A DNA stretch of 64,000 bases from Pelomyxa schiedti (taxonomy: Eukaryota > Protista > Evosea). Shown piece by piece: positions 1-11,358 of the stretch. The DNA is taken from the NCBI GenBank assembly GCA_020536535.1, contig JAHLWZ010000004.1:329673-393672 (forward strand). Direction: 5' to 3'. The position numbers were made by a program, and so were the translations under genes. The notes below the pieces were generated by a model. It ran no database searches and had not been told where the DNA came from. It was given only the letters and a program-made list of their open reading frames with translations. The stretch's first letter is position 1. Each line of letters starts with the position of its first letter.

Positions 1-163
1 AAGAAGGGAGAACAGCAAGAGAGACAGTGAAGAAGAAAAAGAAAACTTAGAGAGTGTAACCATTGAACACTCCTTCTAACATACATTCAACGCAATCGCG
101 CACAAAGAGAAACAAAAGAAATAAAGAAAAAAGATCGCTCGTTCTGAACATAAAAGGTGATAC

Positions 164-207
164 TTGTCTTTTTCTGTCCCGAAGATCTGGGCTAAGTTAT
201 CAGCCAT
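164..207 (-). CDS. U2AF small subunit (U2AF35-like) first coding exon; the gene continues beyond the window start
   Basis: Minus-strand ATG at 207..205 encodes MADNLAQIFGTEKDK, which matches the U2AF35 N-terminus MAEYLASIFGTEKDK by eye. It is followed by a GTATCA donor. The remaining exons lie outside or at the edge of the window. Confidence 0.5.
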
Positions 208-463
208 CGCGTGCGCTGTCTTGTTGACACCAGATTTTTTTTTTCTGTTTATTTTTTTTTCCTTCATCAAAAATAAATAGTGAAGCTCCTGCAATTGAAA
301 ATTCCGAAGAATTTTACTTGGGTCTCAGCACCTCGACCTCGAAATGATGGCTAAACCACGAAACCAACCCTTATTGCGTGTTTTTTGGTGTGGCTGTTTG
401 ATCCTAAGGTTTGACAAAATATTACGTCCCAATTTGACATTATAGGAAAAAAATATAGGGGAA

Positions 464-1052
464 CTAATGGTTTTCTACAAGATCTGGGTCACAAACGATG
501 TTGAGCAGCATGTTCATAACCTTGTCCCCGTTTTTGGCTGTGTCATCCTTGATAAGAGCGACTTGTTTGGCTGTTCGATCTCGCATCTGGGCGGTGTATT
601 GTTCTGCGTCTCCTGTATGCTGTTTTGTGTTTGTTTTTGTTAACGATGGAGAACTAGTGTGGGCGACATTTTCATTAGTGACATGTGTGAATGTTATGAT
701 GGGTGTGACCTATTATATACATTCCAAAATAATTTCACTTTGTTTGCGTTGGCTTTATTCACACAACAATGTACTCGTATTTAAGAGTGGAGAGTGACCT
801 GGGCACAGAACTCCTGAAAGATGTGATCTCTCTCAGCTTTGTATGCCACGAGTTCTTCTTTGGCCTCGTCACGTGCAGACTTGAGCAGAGCAACCCTCTC
901 TCTTTTAGCCTTGTTCACAATTTCTTGTGCCTACATCGAAGAAAGAGAGGAAGAAGGGACGACGGTCAAAAACTCTGGGTTTTTTTCCCTCGTGTCGTTT
1001 GGCAAACCTGTTTTTCTGCCTCCATCAACTGCGCAACAGCCTGAGATGCCAT
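464..1052 (-). CDS. V-type ATPase subunit G, 3 exons (1008..1052, 799..930, 464..619)
   Basis: The spliced product is MASQAVAQLMEAEKQ | AQEIVNKAKRERVALLKSARDEAKEELVAYKAERDHIFQEFCAQ | HTGDAEQYTAQMRDRTAKQVALIKDDTAKNGDKVMNMLLNIVCDPDLVENH*, about 110 aa. It matches the V-ATPase G pattern (N-terminal MASQ..Q..EAEK, RLK.A.EEA..E...Y, C-terminal VL..LL..VCDV). Introns are GT..AG, 77 and 179 nt. Confidence 0.75.
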
Positions 1053-1361
1053 TTTTCCGTCTGCTCACAAAGAAACCAAAGAAAAAAAGAGGTGCCGATG
1101 ACGGCAATGCCCTGCGGTGGATGGTTTGTTGTTTGATTTAAAATTACCTTTGATGCATTATTTTTCCTTCTTCGAATCTGCGCTGCAACTGCTAGAACCG
1201 GGTTCCTTTCTCGAAGGCAATTCGAGGGTCCTCTTCCGGGATCTTTTTTTCTTGCACCATCACCAGTTGGCTTCAGGATTGAAAGCCCTGCAAGGGCATC
1301 TTTCTCTGGCGCCCAGATCTTTTTCATTTTATTTTAATAAACGCCGTCTCAAATTGCCTGT
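1053..1361. promoter_or_regulatory. Divergent intergenic region between V-ATPase G (minus) and NCAPH2 (plus), likely a bidirectional promoter
   Basis: About 300 bp separate two head-to-head start codons at 1052 (minus) and 1362 (plus). No core promoter motif could be confirmed by eye. Confidence 0.35.
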
Positions 1362-3954
1362 ATGGGGGACACTGTCAAGCAGACTGGGAAGTACATCCAC
1401 CTTTTGCAACCTTTACGGTGACCTCTTAGCCGTTGTTTTCGCCTTCTTGCGAACGTAGTTTGTTAAACCAACGTTCAGTGAACTTGCCGACAACTGGTCC
1501 ATTGACATAGCACATGAACTGGAAGAATACTTGGAAGAATTGGAAACTATCACTTTCACCTTTGAGGGAGGGACTGAGGTCTTCAATTTTGCAGAAGGTT
1601 TCACTCATTTAATCTCAAGCCTGTCTCACTTTTGAAGCTGCCCTTGTGATCCAAAATTCTGCCTCTGTATACAGCAAGAAAGTGGAGTCCCTTATGGAGC
1701 TCGTGGTGCAAGCTTTGAGTTGCATTCAAAAGTAAATTCAGCTCTTATTGTGCAAATCTCATTCACTTCCGTCAAGAAAGCCAAAAGCTGCACATAAGAA
1801 AGAAGAAGAGGAGGTTGAGGAAGAAACCCAATTTTTGAGTCTTGATGACATTCCTGGTTTGTTTTCATGTAACCTCCAGAGACTACTTGGTCGGTTAAAA
1901 CATGACAGAGGCTACAAACATTGATCTTAAGGATAGCGACGATAACTTAAATGATCCCTCTCAAGCATCAGTCATCCGAAATCCTATTTTGTTGCATCTC
2001 AAATTATGTACTGGCACTTCTGCTGTCTCGGGAAGGACAGAAGATGCTGCTGGTGGAAGCAACCTTGGTGATTTCCAAATGTGTGGCCTAATGATGCACC
2101 AGACAGGAGCTCTTGTGCTTGATGATACATGGGCTCCAAAAGGTATTGCGGAGAAGTAAAACAAAAGAACAAGCCTTAAACTACCACAGAAATGCAAGCT
2201 CCTTACTCGGTTAGAAAGCCACCACCGCTGTCACGTCTGGTCCTGGATTCGGACAAACCAAGTCAAATTCCTTCTGAAGCACCAGCATCGCCTTCTGTTT
2301 TACCATCATCTGACCCATTTTCTACTGATGGCGGTGACATTAGTGACGACGACAATCCCCCAGAGATACAACCTGCTACTCCAACTGAACTAAATGCTGT
2401 GGAGGTGCCTAACAATCCGTCTGTTGAACCAGAAAAGAACTCTATCAAAGAAGCTGAACCTATGAAATCTGATGCTGTTATGAATTTGTCAAATAGTTTT
2501 GTGTGCACTGATGAAAACAAACGTTGGAATAACCTCCCTCAAGGACGCCTCAATTGCCATTCCCCCAGCTATTCCTCCGTTGGCAGGCTCCAATGTGGAG
2601 ACCTTCGAAAGTCACAAAGCACAGGAGAAAGAGACAGCCACAAGAAAGGCACAAGAACAAGCGTTTCGTCATACCATCTATATGAAAACCACTCATTTCT
2701 CTTCCTCAGGCAATCAAGAAGAGAGATGGTAAAACTGAAAAAGTTGATGCACAAAGAGGATTTTGTCTGTGAGGAATGGGACTTGTTGGATCCATACGAC
2801 GACTCTGGAGCTTCTGCCAATAAGCCCTTCGTAAAAGGTGCATATCCTTTTTCTATCCTATCTTCCCACCCACCATTCAGATTGAACTCCAATATTCCGA
2901 ATAGGGATCACATATAGAATTCCTCCGTGCCTCTCCAAGAAGAAGGGACGTGGCACAGCTTCGGCAGCATCCACTGCTAGAAGAGAAAACGTTGGAATAG
3001 GCAGTGGAAAAGGACGCACAACAAAACAAGGGACATTCTTCAGTGAATTTGAGTACCTCTACAAAGCTGCTCTGAAAAGAAGGAACCAGAAGAGACGTGG
3101 TGCAAAACCTATCTCTGAAAGCAATCTAGTGTGTGAAGAAAAATCATGTAATGATGAACTACTAAGCCACCGGGAAGGTAATAAGTACCGAGGAAAGTAA
3201 CCCTGATGGCGATTTATCTGGTGCAGAGGTTTGACACTTGAGCCTACTAGACGTATCTAAATATCCTCCAGCTCGATTCTAGTGTCAATGCAGAAAATGC
3301 GGAGCAAGGGGAGCCACCATCAGTATCCGTCACTGTTACGGACAGTGGTGGTGTTATCATTTCGCAAGCACCTGGGAGACCTGAAACGGACCCAGACGAG
3401 GACGATTTTGACAATAATAACGGAATTGACGAAGCACCTTCACCTGAAAATACCTCTGACCCACCCCTCACTGAAATCCCTGAAGCTGATCCAGGTACAT
3501 TGATGGTTGATAACTTCTACCAGTCCTATGAACAGTTGGCCAAAGAACGGCTTGTATGTGGTAACTCAATAAAACTTATTTCACACTTCATCCAGGGGCG
3601 AGTTCTTGATACAGCACAGCAGGAGGCAGAGTTGAGAAAAAGAGTGAACGATTGGCAGGACTACCTTCTTCCTATTCTTGAAATGCAGGTTACTGCTTTC
3701 AATTGTAGAATATCAACAGTAACGAACCAAACAGGCCAAACGAGAGGATTACAACATTCACACGTACTGCAAAAGGTTACTTGATACTTTTTTGGAGTGT
3801 GGTGGCTCCATTGGAGGACCAAGTCTCTCCTTCCAATCACTTTGCAATGCCACTTCGTCAGAAGGTATTGCTGAACAGTGGCAAGTGACACGTCTATTCT
3901 TGAGCATGTTAATGCTGGTATCACCTATTTTATAGTAGTACAAAAACCCAAGTA
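1362..3954 (+). CDS. Condensin-II complex kleisin subunit H2 (NCAPH2) homolog, multi-exon
   Basis: The N-terminal exons encode MGDTVKQTGKYIHLLQPLR | ELADNWSIDIAHELEEYLEELETITFTFEGGTEVFNFAE | ACLTFEAALVIQNSASVYSKKVESLMELVVQALSCIQK. This closely parallels the NCAPH2 N-terminus (..[62 protein letters not shown]). Downstream exons include a 241-aa acidic/Ser-rich exon (2192..2917) and ..ELRKRVNDWQDYLLPILEMQ... Introns are about 45-50 nt. The 3' end is approximate. Confidence 0.65.
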
Positions 3955-4576
3955 ACAACGCTACGTCATTATTTAGTTGAAGAGTGAAAACTTTAAGATG
4001 ACCAACAAAGGGAGCCTGGAACTCTCTCTTCTTTCCCTGGAACCACTCTACGAGATCGAGAAGAAGGAGGAAGAAACCACAACACCTGAACCCCCCAGAC
4101 AAAAACAAACCAAGCCAAGAAAGCGCAAAGGCAAGAAAGATCAAGACTCTTGATACGCACATTCCAACCCTACCAATTGTAACAAGAGGATTTTAAAAAA
4201 CGGTTCTAGGGAACAAACAGGTGTTATTATGTCACAAGGATCACAAACAGAGAACACAACAAAAGGGTGATTGTAGAGAGCACCTGGCCATGAGAGTACG
4301 AGAGAGATGGATGGGTATCAGAGGAAGAGGGGCTAGAGCAGACAGTAGAAGCCGGTGTTTTTGTGGTTATACTGAAGGCGACTGGGGACTGGGTTCCGGG
4401 CTGAATAGTGTATGTGGAGGCACCAGGTCTATGTTTTAGTACTATGTCTAGGGAGGTGATTAGCGGAAGAAATGGAAGCAATGGGCAGGATACCTCCTGA
4501 AGCTAGGTAAGTGCCAGTGTAGTTTCTGTCTGGATCCCCCATTTCCGTCAAAAAGACTGTAGACGTTGATACAAGC

Positions 4577-5857
4577 CTAGTTAAGGTTGATGCGGAGGGG
4601 TGCCCATAGGTATTTCCAAGCTACAAAGTATGTCAGGTTTACAAGGAGGTACAAGTTGTTGTGATACCCCAACAGAGATAATTGATGCAGTTGGAAGAAT
4701 TGAATCCAAAAATTCCTGGTAGAAATCACGTTCTGAAGAATTGGAGAAGGCTTACTTACAGACGATGAAGCACTGCTTGAGCCATGATGACTGACATGGT
4801 ATACATCAACATTCCCAACTCTTTGGGCAACAACTTGCTCCTCCTCTGGCTTGCGTTTCATTAAAAGGATTTGGCTGACAAACTACTATCAGGTACCATT
4901 ATATGTGTAGCAACTCGGTGCTGAGCCACTTGTGGAATAAACACCTGAAGTGTCACCAATGGAGAAATAAGAGAAGTCCCCAAGCTGAAGTAAAATGCCA
5001 ATAGAATAGTCATTCTCACTTGGTGGACACCTATCGAAATATGAGCTTCTTTCTTTGTACAGGGTGACACACTCCAAGCCAGAAAGGTTTGCATGAAGGG
5101 ATTCGCCTGTTTTTGTGAAGGCACCAGCACCGTCAGCTGAAATAATGGTTACCGTGGCATCTCTATTGGTGAACTTTAACGCAATGCTTTCTGTCATAGC
5201 AGTGCTGGCAACTTACGCATCAGGAGGGTTTATTTGTGTGCTGCTGCATAAAGAGGCAGTTTCTCTGACCGAATTCACTGACGTAGAAGGATCTTGCATG
5301 TAGCACAGCCAGTAGTCCATCGAGTCAACAACTTTGCCCACGTTCTGCCATGACACCTCAGAGAAGTCACAGTAGTCATCACCGTCCGCATCTTCATTTC
5401 GGAAAGCATAAAAAGAGTTGAAGGGCAGTGTCCAAAATACCACTCCATGTTCCAGCATCTCGGTCAATGAACTGGCGAAAAGATATCCCTTCCACCTCCA
5501 TCAGATACCACATTCCACCTTTATTTACTGATCCAATGTGGTCGGTGTGTAGATGTGTCACAATAGCGGTGTCGACCACAGATGAGCCAGTAATGCTGTT
5601 TGCTTGAGTACAAACAACAAAAACCAAAACAAAAGAAGAGTATACTTTCGTATGCGTGAGGCAACGTATATGGCGTTCGTGTGTGAGTTTACTGACTCCT
5701 CGCCCACGTCAATTAAAATGCTGTACCCTGACGGAAACACTATCAACTGGCTGTCACCCTTTGATCCTTTAAGAAAAAGGTCACTCTCGATGGGAATGTT
5801 GTAGAACCTGGCCGACGTCAAAAACGTGAATAACAAGGTCATTGGTGGCAACCACAA
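4577..5857 (-). CDS. Metallo-beta-lactamase-fold (ComEC/lactamase_B-like) hydrolase, multi-exon, probable secreted N-terminus
   Basis: Exons encode ..SQLIVFPSGYSILIDVGEES.., the HxHxDH motif in ..DTAIVTHLHTDHIGSV.., and the C-terminal MBL signature ..DVYHVSHHGSSSAS... The N-terminus MTLLFTFLTSARFYN is hydrophobic. Confidence 0.55.
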
Positions 5858-8800
5858 CGCAAGCTAAGTAACCCAAGATCGCCAATGCAACACACATTGG
5901 TCGCGACACGAGCATGGCAACCGTTTACGACGAGAACTCTCTTCTCGTAAAGATTTTTTTCTAGGGCTGGAGTTTTGACGAGGAACGGATTTATGGCTCC
6001 ATGGACTGCCACACCGGGCAATCCACTGGACCCACCTCTCGAAAGGTTTATATAGGCTGGGTGCAGGAAATGTGTGGGATGAGGTGTAAAAGGTCTTTAT
6101 TGCGAACTTGTTCGCAGTGGTGCTTTGGCGTCTTTCAAGAGATGTTCTTTGAAACACGAGGCGGTCATTTCCGGGAACACACGCAATAGCATCAACGTGG
6201 GCAAACTTATTGCCTTCCTGCCCAAAATCTTTTGCTGCGAATCATTTAGTCCGAGATAGTTGTGAAAGCTGGCTGCAAAAGCAATTTGAAACTTTTATAA
6301 TACACACCTCATCCAATGTCACATGGAACTCATGGATTAACCACTCGGCACATCCTGTTTTGTTACTCACAAATAGTGCGTGCAGCAGCTGGTTTTGTTG
6401 GTCTTGACGACTTCTTCAGGCACATGGTATTGGTTGATAGCCACCGCACAGTTTTTGCAGAATAGATGACGAGGGTATTTCCCAAACCTTGTGAAATGTC
6501 CTCCTGAATAGAGAATTCACCACGTGAGAGGATGAATTTTGCCTGAGAAACCCCAGCATATTGCAACGCTTATATAATGGCACTACTTGTCACTGATGCT
6601 GTGCAGGGTAATATGTGAGAGGAACCGCCGGTCTTGCTTTTGCTTGGGGTTCTGTAGTGATTATATTAGTCAATGGAATGGTGGTCAATATACGCCATAT
6701 TAGAGTGCTGGCTGGGGCAGCCCTGTAGGCGCCAAAAGACGCCACAGCAGGACTCCAAAGTACAGGGAGAGCCGAGCCTGAGAAGGCTCCCCCTGAGGTG
6801 TGACACCCTCCAAAACCAAACCTCAGCGACCACCCCACCAGCAGCCCTCTCCCACGAGAGAGGCTTGGCAAAATGGCTGAGAGGCGGGGCTTTGGCAATG
6901 TGACTCAATCCAATCACGATCACGACCCCAATTCAGCAATCAACGATGCACCGCACTCCACACTTCATGTGTCAGGGTAATAAGAGCGAGCCCAAGCCAC
7001 CAGCAAGCACCCACCAGCCACCCGACCTGCAGATCCACCCAGCAAAAGACAACACGCAGATCCAACCGCAAAAGAGCGTCACATGCGGAAAAGCGTAATC
7101 GCCAGTCACCACCGCGCTCTTTTTATTTTTTTTATTCTTTGTTTTTTGACTTTTTTGTTTTTTTTTTTGCTATTTAAATCTTGAAGTTTTTTCCCAGGTG
7201 TCTTCCAGAGATGGTCTTGACCTTCCTGCAGACAAGTTCGTTCAAAGTGGGGGAGATCTTTAGAATCGTCGAAGACAATTCGCCCAAGGCTCAGGGGTCC
7301 AGTTTGGAAAGAGATGTTACTTTGTTCTTAGCTACGTTGAACCACTTACTGTGCACTGTTCTAAGGAGCACATGCAACTTACAGTGTTACGAATAGAAAC
7401 GAACTGCCCCAGAAAAAGGAGTTTCGAGGACAAAGGTTTTTTGGGCAAAATTTTGTTTCGGTGTTGCAGGTTTATCCATGTGAACTGTTGTCTGATCGAG
7501 GTGATTGTTGAGGAAGAGTGGGTGCTGCAGAGGGAAGGGGTGGAGGTGGTGATGAGGAACCAGGTACCACACTGTATACTGCCACTGTGCGCTCTAGCTA
7601 GTGCTTCTTCCATGTGGCTTCTTGTAGTGTGAGGCTGATGATGAACCCGGCGTCATTGCTGACGCCGAAGTTTTGTTGTGTGATGACGGTGTTGTGGGGA
7701 GCAGGACCGCGCTGCGGGCGAGCTGCTGGTGCCCAGCGTGGGCGTGGCCGCCGTGCTGCCCGTGCTGGTGGTTGCTGCCCCCGCTGCCGCTCCCGCTCCC
7801 GCTGCTGTGGGGAGTCGCCGCGGGCCGCGGAGTCGGGGTGCACGGCACGGCGGTGCTCGCGGGCGTGGTTCTGGGCGGGGAGGGTGTGCGGGACCTGGAG
7901 TGGGTGTGGGGCAACCGCGAGTGCATGTGTGAGGAAAAGAGGCGGAGGGGGCTCGGGGGACCGGGGACGGAGAGAGGCGGGGGTGAAGAGGTGCGAAGCG
8001 GGGATCCTGGGAGCGGCGGAGGTGGGATTCCCTCTCCCTCTAAGAAGGAAAGTACATCGGGAATCTCTGTAATATCTGTTTGGGATTCAAATTAGTGAAT
8101 AAAGAGGGCCTGGTGACAATGGCACTTACAATTGGCCTGGTGCTTCGCTGGGTCGGAGTTATCTCTTGAAGAACCCTCCTTTGATCTGTAGTGACCTTTG
8201 GGTTTTTTCTCTTTCCGATGATGTCTTCTATTGGCAGCATATTGCATAGCAACCATAACGGACTCCGCAGTAAAAGCGGAAATTCTCTTCAAATCCTCAG
8301 AAATAGCTTTCTTTCTCTCTGGTACTGTCTCAGATGTAAGAAGGCGAGCAAGCCTATATTAGTTAGATACGACTATAACTAAAGCACGGGGAATCGCACC
8401 TCAAAACAGGAAGACAGTTGGCACTTGTCATCTCTTCTACTATATTCACAACATTTTTTCCCTCCGAGTTTGGTACCGTTACAGATGCTCCCGCCTTTAA
8501 TTGGAATGATTGGCCCAAGTAACATATCATAAAACGAAAGTAGTTCATGGCAACGAAAAAAAAGTGAGAAAGCACCTGAGAAGAGCTAAAGTTTCTGCTT
8601 TTCTATCACGTATTACTGCATAATGAAGTCGTGTGCCAGAAGCATCCAGCTTACATGTAAATATTAGCTTCGAGTGATTTATTGACGATACACACATATC
8701 AATGGGGCAGCCACAAACCAGAAGCAGGCTAAGGCACGCATGGGAGTGGTACTGCAATGCCATGTGCAGAAGGGACCTACAAATGTACTTCAGAAGTCCC

Positions 8801-9213
8801 TTTCAAAAGAGTTGTTGCAGTAAATTGACCTTATATCAGGGGGAAATGTGGTGATCAAATCGAGCCCATGGGCAATACTAAAGAGTAATTTCTTCACACT
8901 TCCGTACTTTAAAGACTGATGTACAAACTGAAAACAAATAAGTTCATAGAGTTAGCCTAAGGGATGGTGGGTTGTGACCTCATTCAAGTCACTTGGAGGT
9001 GGGCCTATAAAGCATTTTTTTATCATATTTGGAGACAATCCAATTTCGACGAGAAACACTGAAAGAAAACCAATAAATAAACAATAAAGAAAAGTTCAAC
9101 ATACTTGTCAGCATCAGCTTGTATATGTTGAATATCTGGGGGGATTGCATTTTCCCACACTGTTGGCTTTTTCATTTCCGAGTGCAGCCAACATCTTGTT
9201 GAGAATGTGTTAT

Positions 9214-9490
9214 TTATAACATCCAATTCATTTTTGCACAACGCACCAGATAAATATCTGGCTCGATGTGATCTAATTTGAGACTTCGCACTTTGCTTAT
9301 GTGTACCAAGTTGTCTGTGAACACCCTCAAGGATAAGAAATCCAAAAACCCAAAGATGCACTTTACCTGAGCAATTAACACAAACAATAATTCCCAGATT
9401 GATGGAGACCCAGTCTGGATCTTCTTAAAAGGGAAGAAAGTGAACAAAAGGATAGACCTGGTGCCCCACAATCAGCACATGCCAAGTTAG
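9214..9490 (-). pseudogene. ArfGAP-type zinc-finger domain fragment with a frame discontinuity (possible pseudogene or sequence error)
   Basis: Three short exons encode ..NLACADCGAP | (E)[18 protein letters not shown] | GVHRQLG.. The consensus continuation HISKVRSLKLDHIEPD follows in a frame offset by one nucleotide. An in-frame stop sits immediately upstream of the first motif, and no start codon was found. Confidence 0.4.
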
Positions 9491-11358
9491 TTTAAATTTG
9501 GGTTATCTACAGTGGCAGGTTTTTCTTTTGTACAGAAGAATTAGAAGAATATCCATCACGCAATTCTATTTCAAGACAACCTTCATTTTTTTGCATGAGA
9601 TTTGCTCTGGAGTTATTAATTGTAGAGATCCACGAATTCATTTGGTCTTGAGATTCTGCCTGAAACAAAAGTAAAAAGGAATATTCCTCAGGTTTTCTAT
9701 GGCAACCTGCAGAAGAAACGAATTTGCTGGAGGAGTGATAATCTCAAAACAGAATCGTCTGTCAAGGTCACTAAACATGGAGGGTGGTCAGTATTATGTC
9801 TGTTACTCTGGCCTTGGATGCATCCTAGTTAGATCTTTTAGCTGGGTAGATGGGAGATGATGTCTACTTTGCCATCTTTGTAGTAAAAAAACTTCTCATT
9901 CTCAATTTTGAAGTACCTTCGCTGCCAGCTCTTGCCAAAACTAGTCGTTCTCTTGAATAAATACCTGAAGTCAAGTAAAAAGCAATCTTTCACTCTTTAA
10001 TGCTACGAACCCTTCCATCTCCAAAATTGTGGTGGGTGCAGCTTGAATCGAAGGCAGATTTGGTAAACCTCCTTTCTAAAGTAAAAGTGAGTAACAAAGG
10101 CACAATAAAGAGGTAGATGCGGTACAGAGACTAAGGCCACTTTGGGCTCTGCCTCTTGTCGTTTTTTTTGCTGTTACATCTGCTTTATTTTCATCAAGTA
10201 CCGACTCCAGAACTCTGAAGAATTGTTCATGGACTTGGTTGGTTTGAGTGATTTGACAGAAAAAAACTTGGTGCTGCTGAAGCATTCCCTTGATTCCCTC
10301 CAATAAAACAATCCGAAATTGACTCTGGTGGTGAAATAAGCCGTAATTTGGGAAGAATTTCGGCACACAGTCGCCTGATTAAGGCTACAAGCAAGCTCCA
10401 GTATTGCCTCCTGTTGACCTCTTTTTGCAATGACAAGGTCTTCACTGATCTACACATAATATCAGGCTTTTTCTTTATGATTTTGGGGTATTTTATGGTT
10501 GTTGAACACACCTCAATCAAGTCAGAGCCTTTTTTTACCCGCGAGTACTTGGCTGCCATTGCATCAAGTTGTTCTGATCTCTTATTAAATTCTTTGGCTT
10601 TACCTTAACTGCAAATTAAAAATTCTCCAACCATCACAAATAAATATCAATAGAGGAAAGCTACTTGGTATAAGTATCTTGATACAACAGAAAACTCGGG
10701 AAAAGTACAAATTTGCTTCTTTCTTCAATGGAAAGTCAAGGATTAGAGGCAGACTCCAAACTTGTTTCTAGAAAGTGAATGTAAGGAAAATGTGCAAAGG
10801 GGTGTCAAGGAAGCTACGAAGAAACTGGTCCCCTGGTGTGGCTTTCAAGCAGGTTGCCAGTTCCTGGCACCTCAATCTATAATCTGTAAATAAACTGAGG
10901 GTTTGATCTCACAATGTGCCAATGCACTACCGTACTTGCAGCCATCAGAGCCTTATGGCATTTGATCACATCTTTCGCCCTCCCAGAGTCATCAATGACA
11001 GTCTCCAGAGAAATTCCACAGGCCCCAGGGAAGTCGCAGCAGCCGAGGTCGTAGCGTAAGCCGTAGTTGGTGCAAATGCAAAAGGGCGAGAAAGAGGCAT
11101 CAAATGGGACGACGACACTGAGGCCGTGAGCAGTCGAGGAAGATGGGGCCACGACGTGGTCCCACAATCCGAGATATCCTCATCAGCTCCCCAACAGCTC
11201 CCCCAGTGTCCATCAGTTCCTTGTTTTGTTTGTGCGATCAGTGCACGGTATTTCCGTTCGGCCTTTTTGATGATTTCTTCAAAAAGGGCATTTCCAGTAA
11301 CCGCAATTTATAAATCATCAAGTGTTTACGCCAGCAAACCACCCACCCATCATCCAGA

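Noticed and set aside
6363-6566. Possible Yippee-like or zinc-ribbon exon (..FGKYPRHLFCKNCAVAINQYHVPEEV..CCTHY..)
   Set aside because: The C-x2-C .. C-C spacing and a loose resemblance to the Yippee N-terminus were noted. No downstream exon matching the rest of the family could be found, so this is too weak to call.
8092-8292. Small basic protein ORF (..PERKKAISEDLKRISAFTAESVMVAMQYAANRRHHRKEKKPKGHYRSKEGSS..)
   Set aside because: It is coding-like and may be a real small gene, but there is no recognisable family and no clear start or splice context, so it was not annotated.
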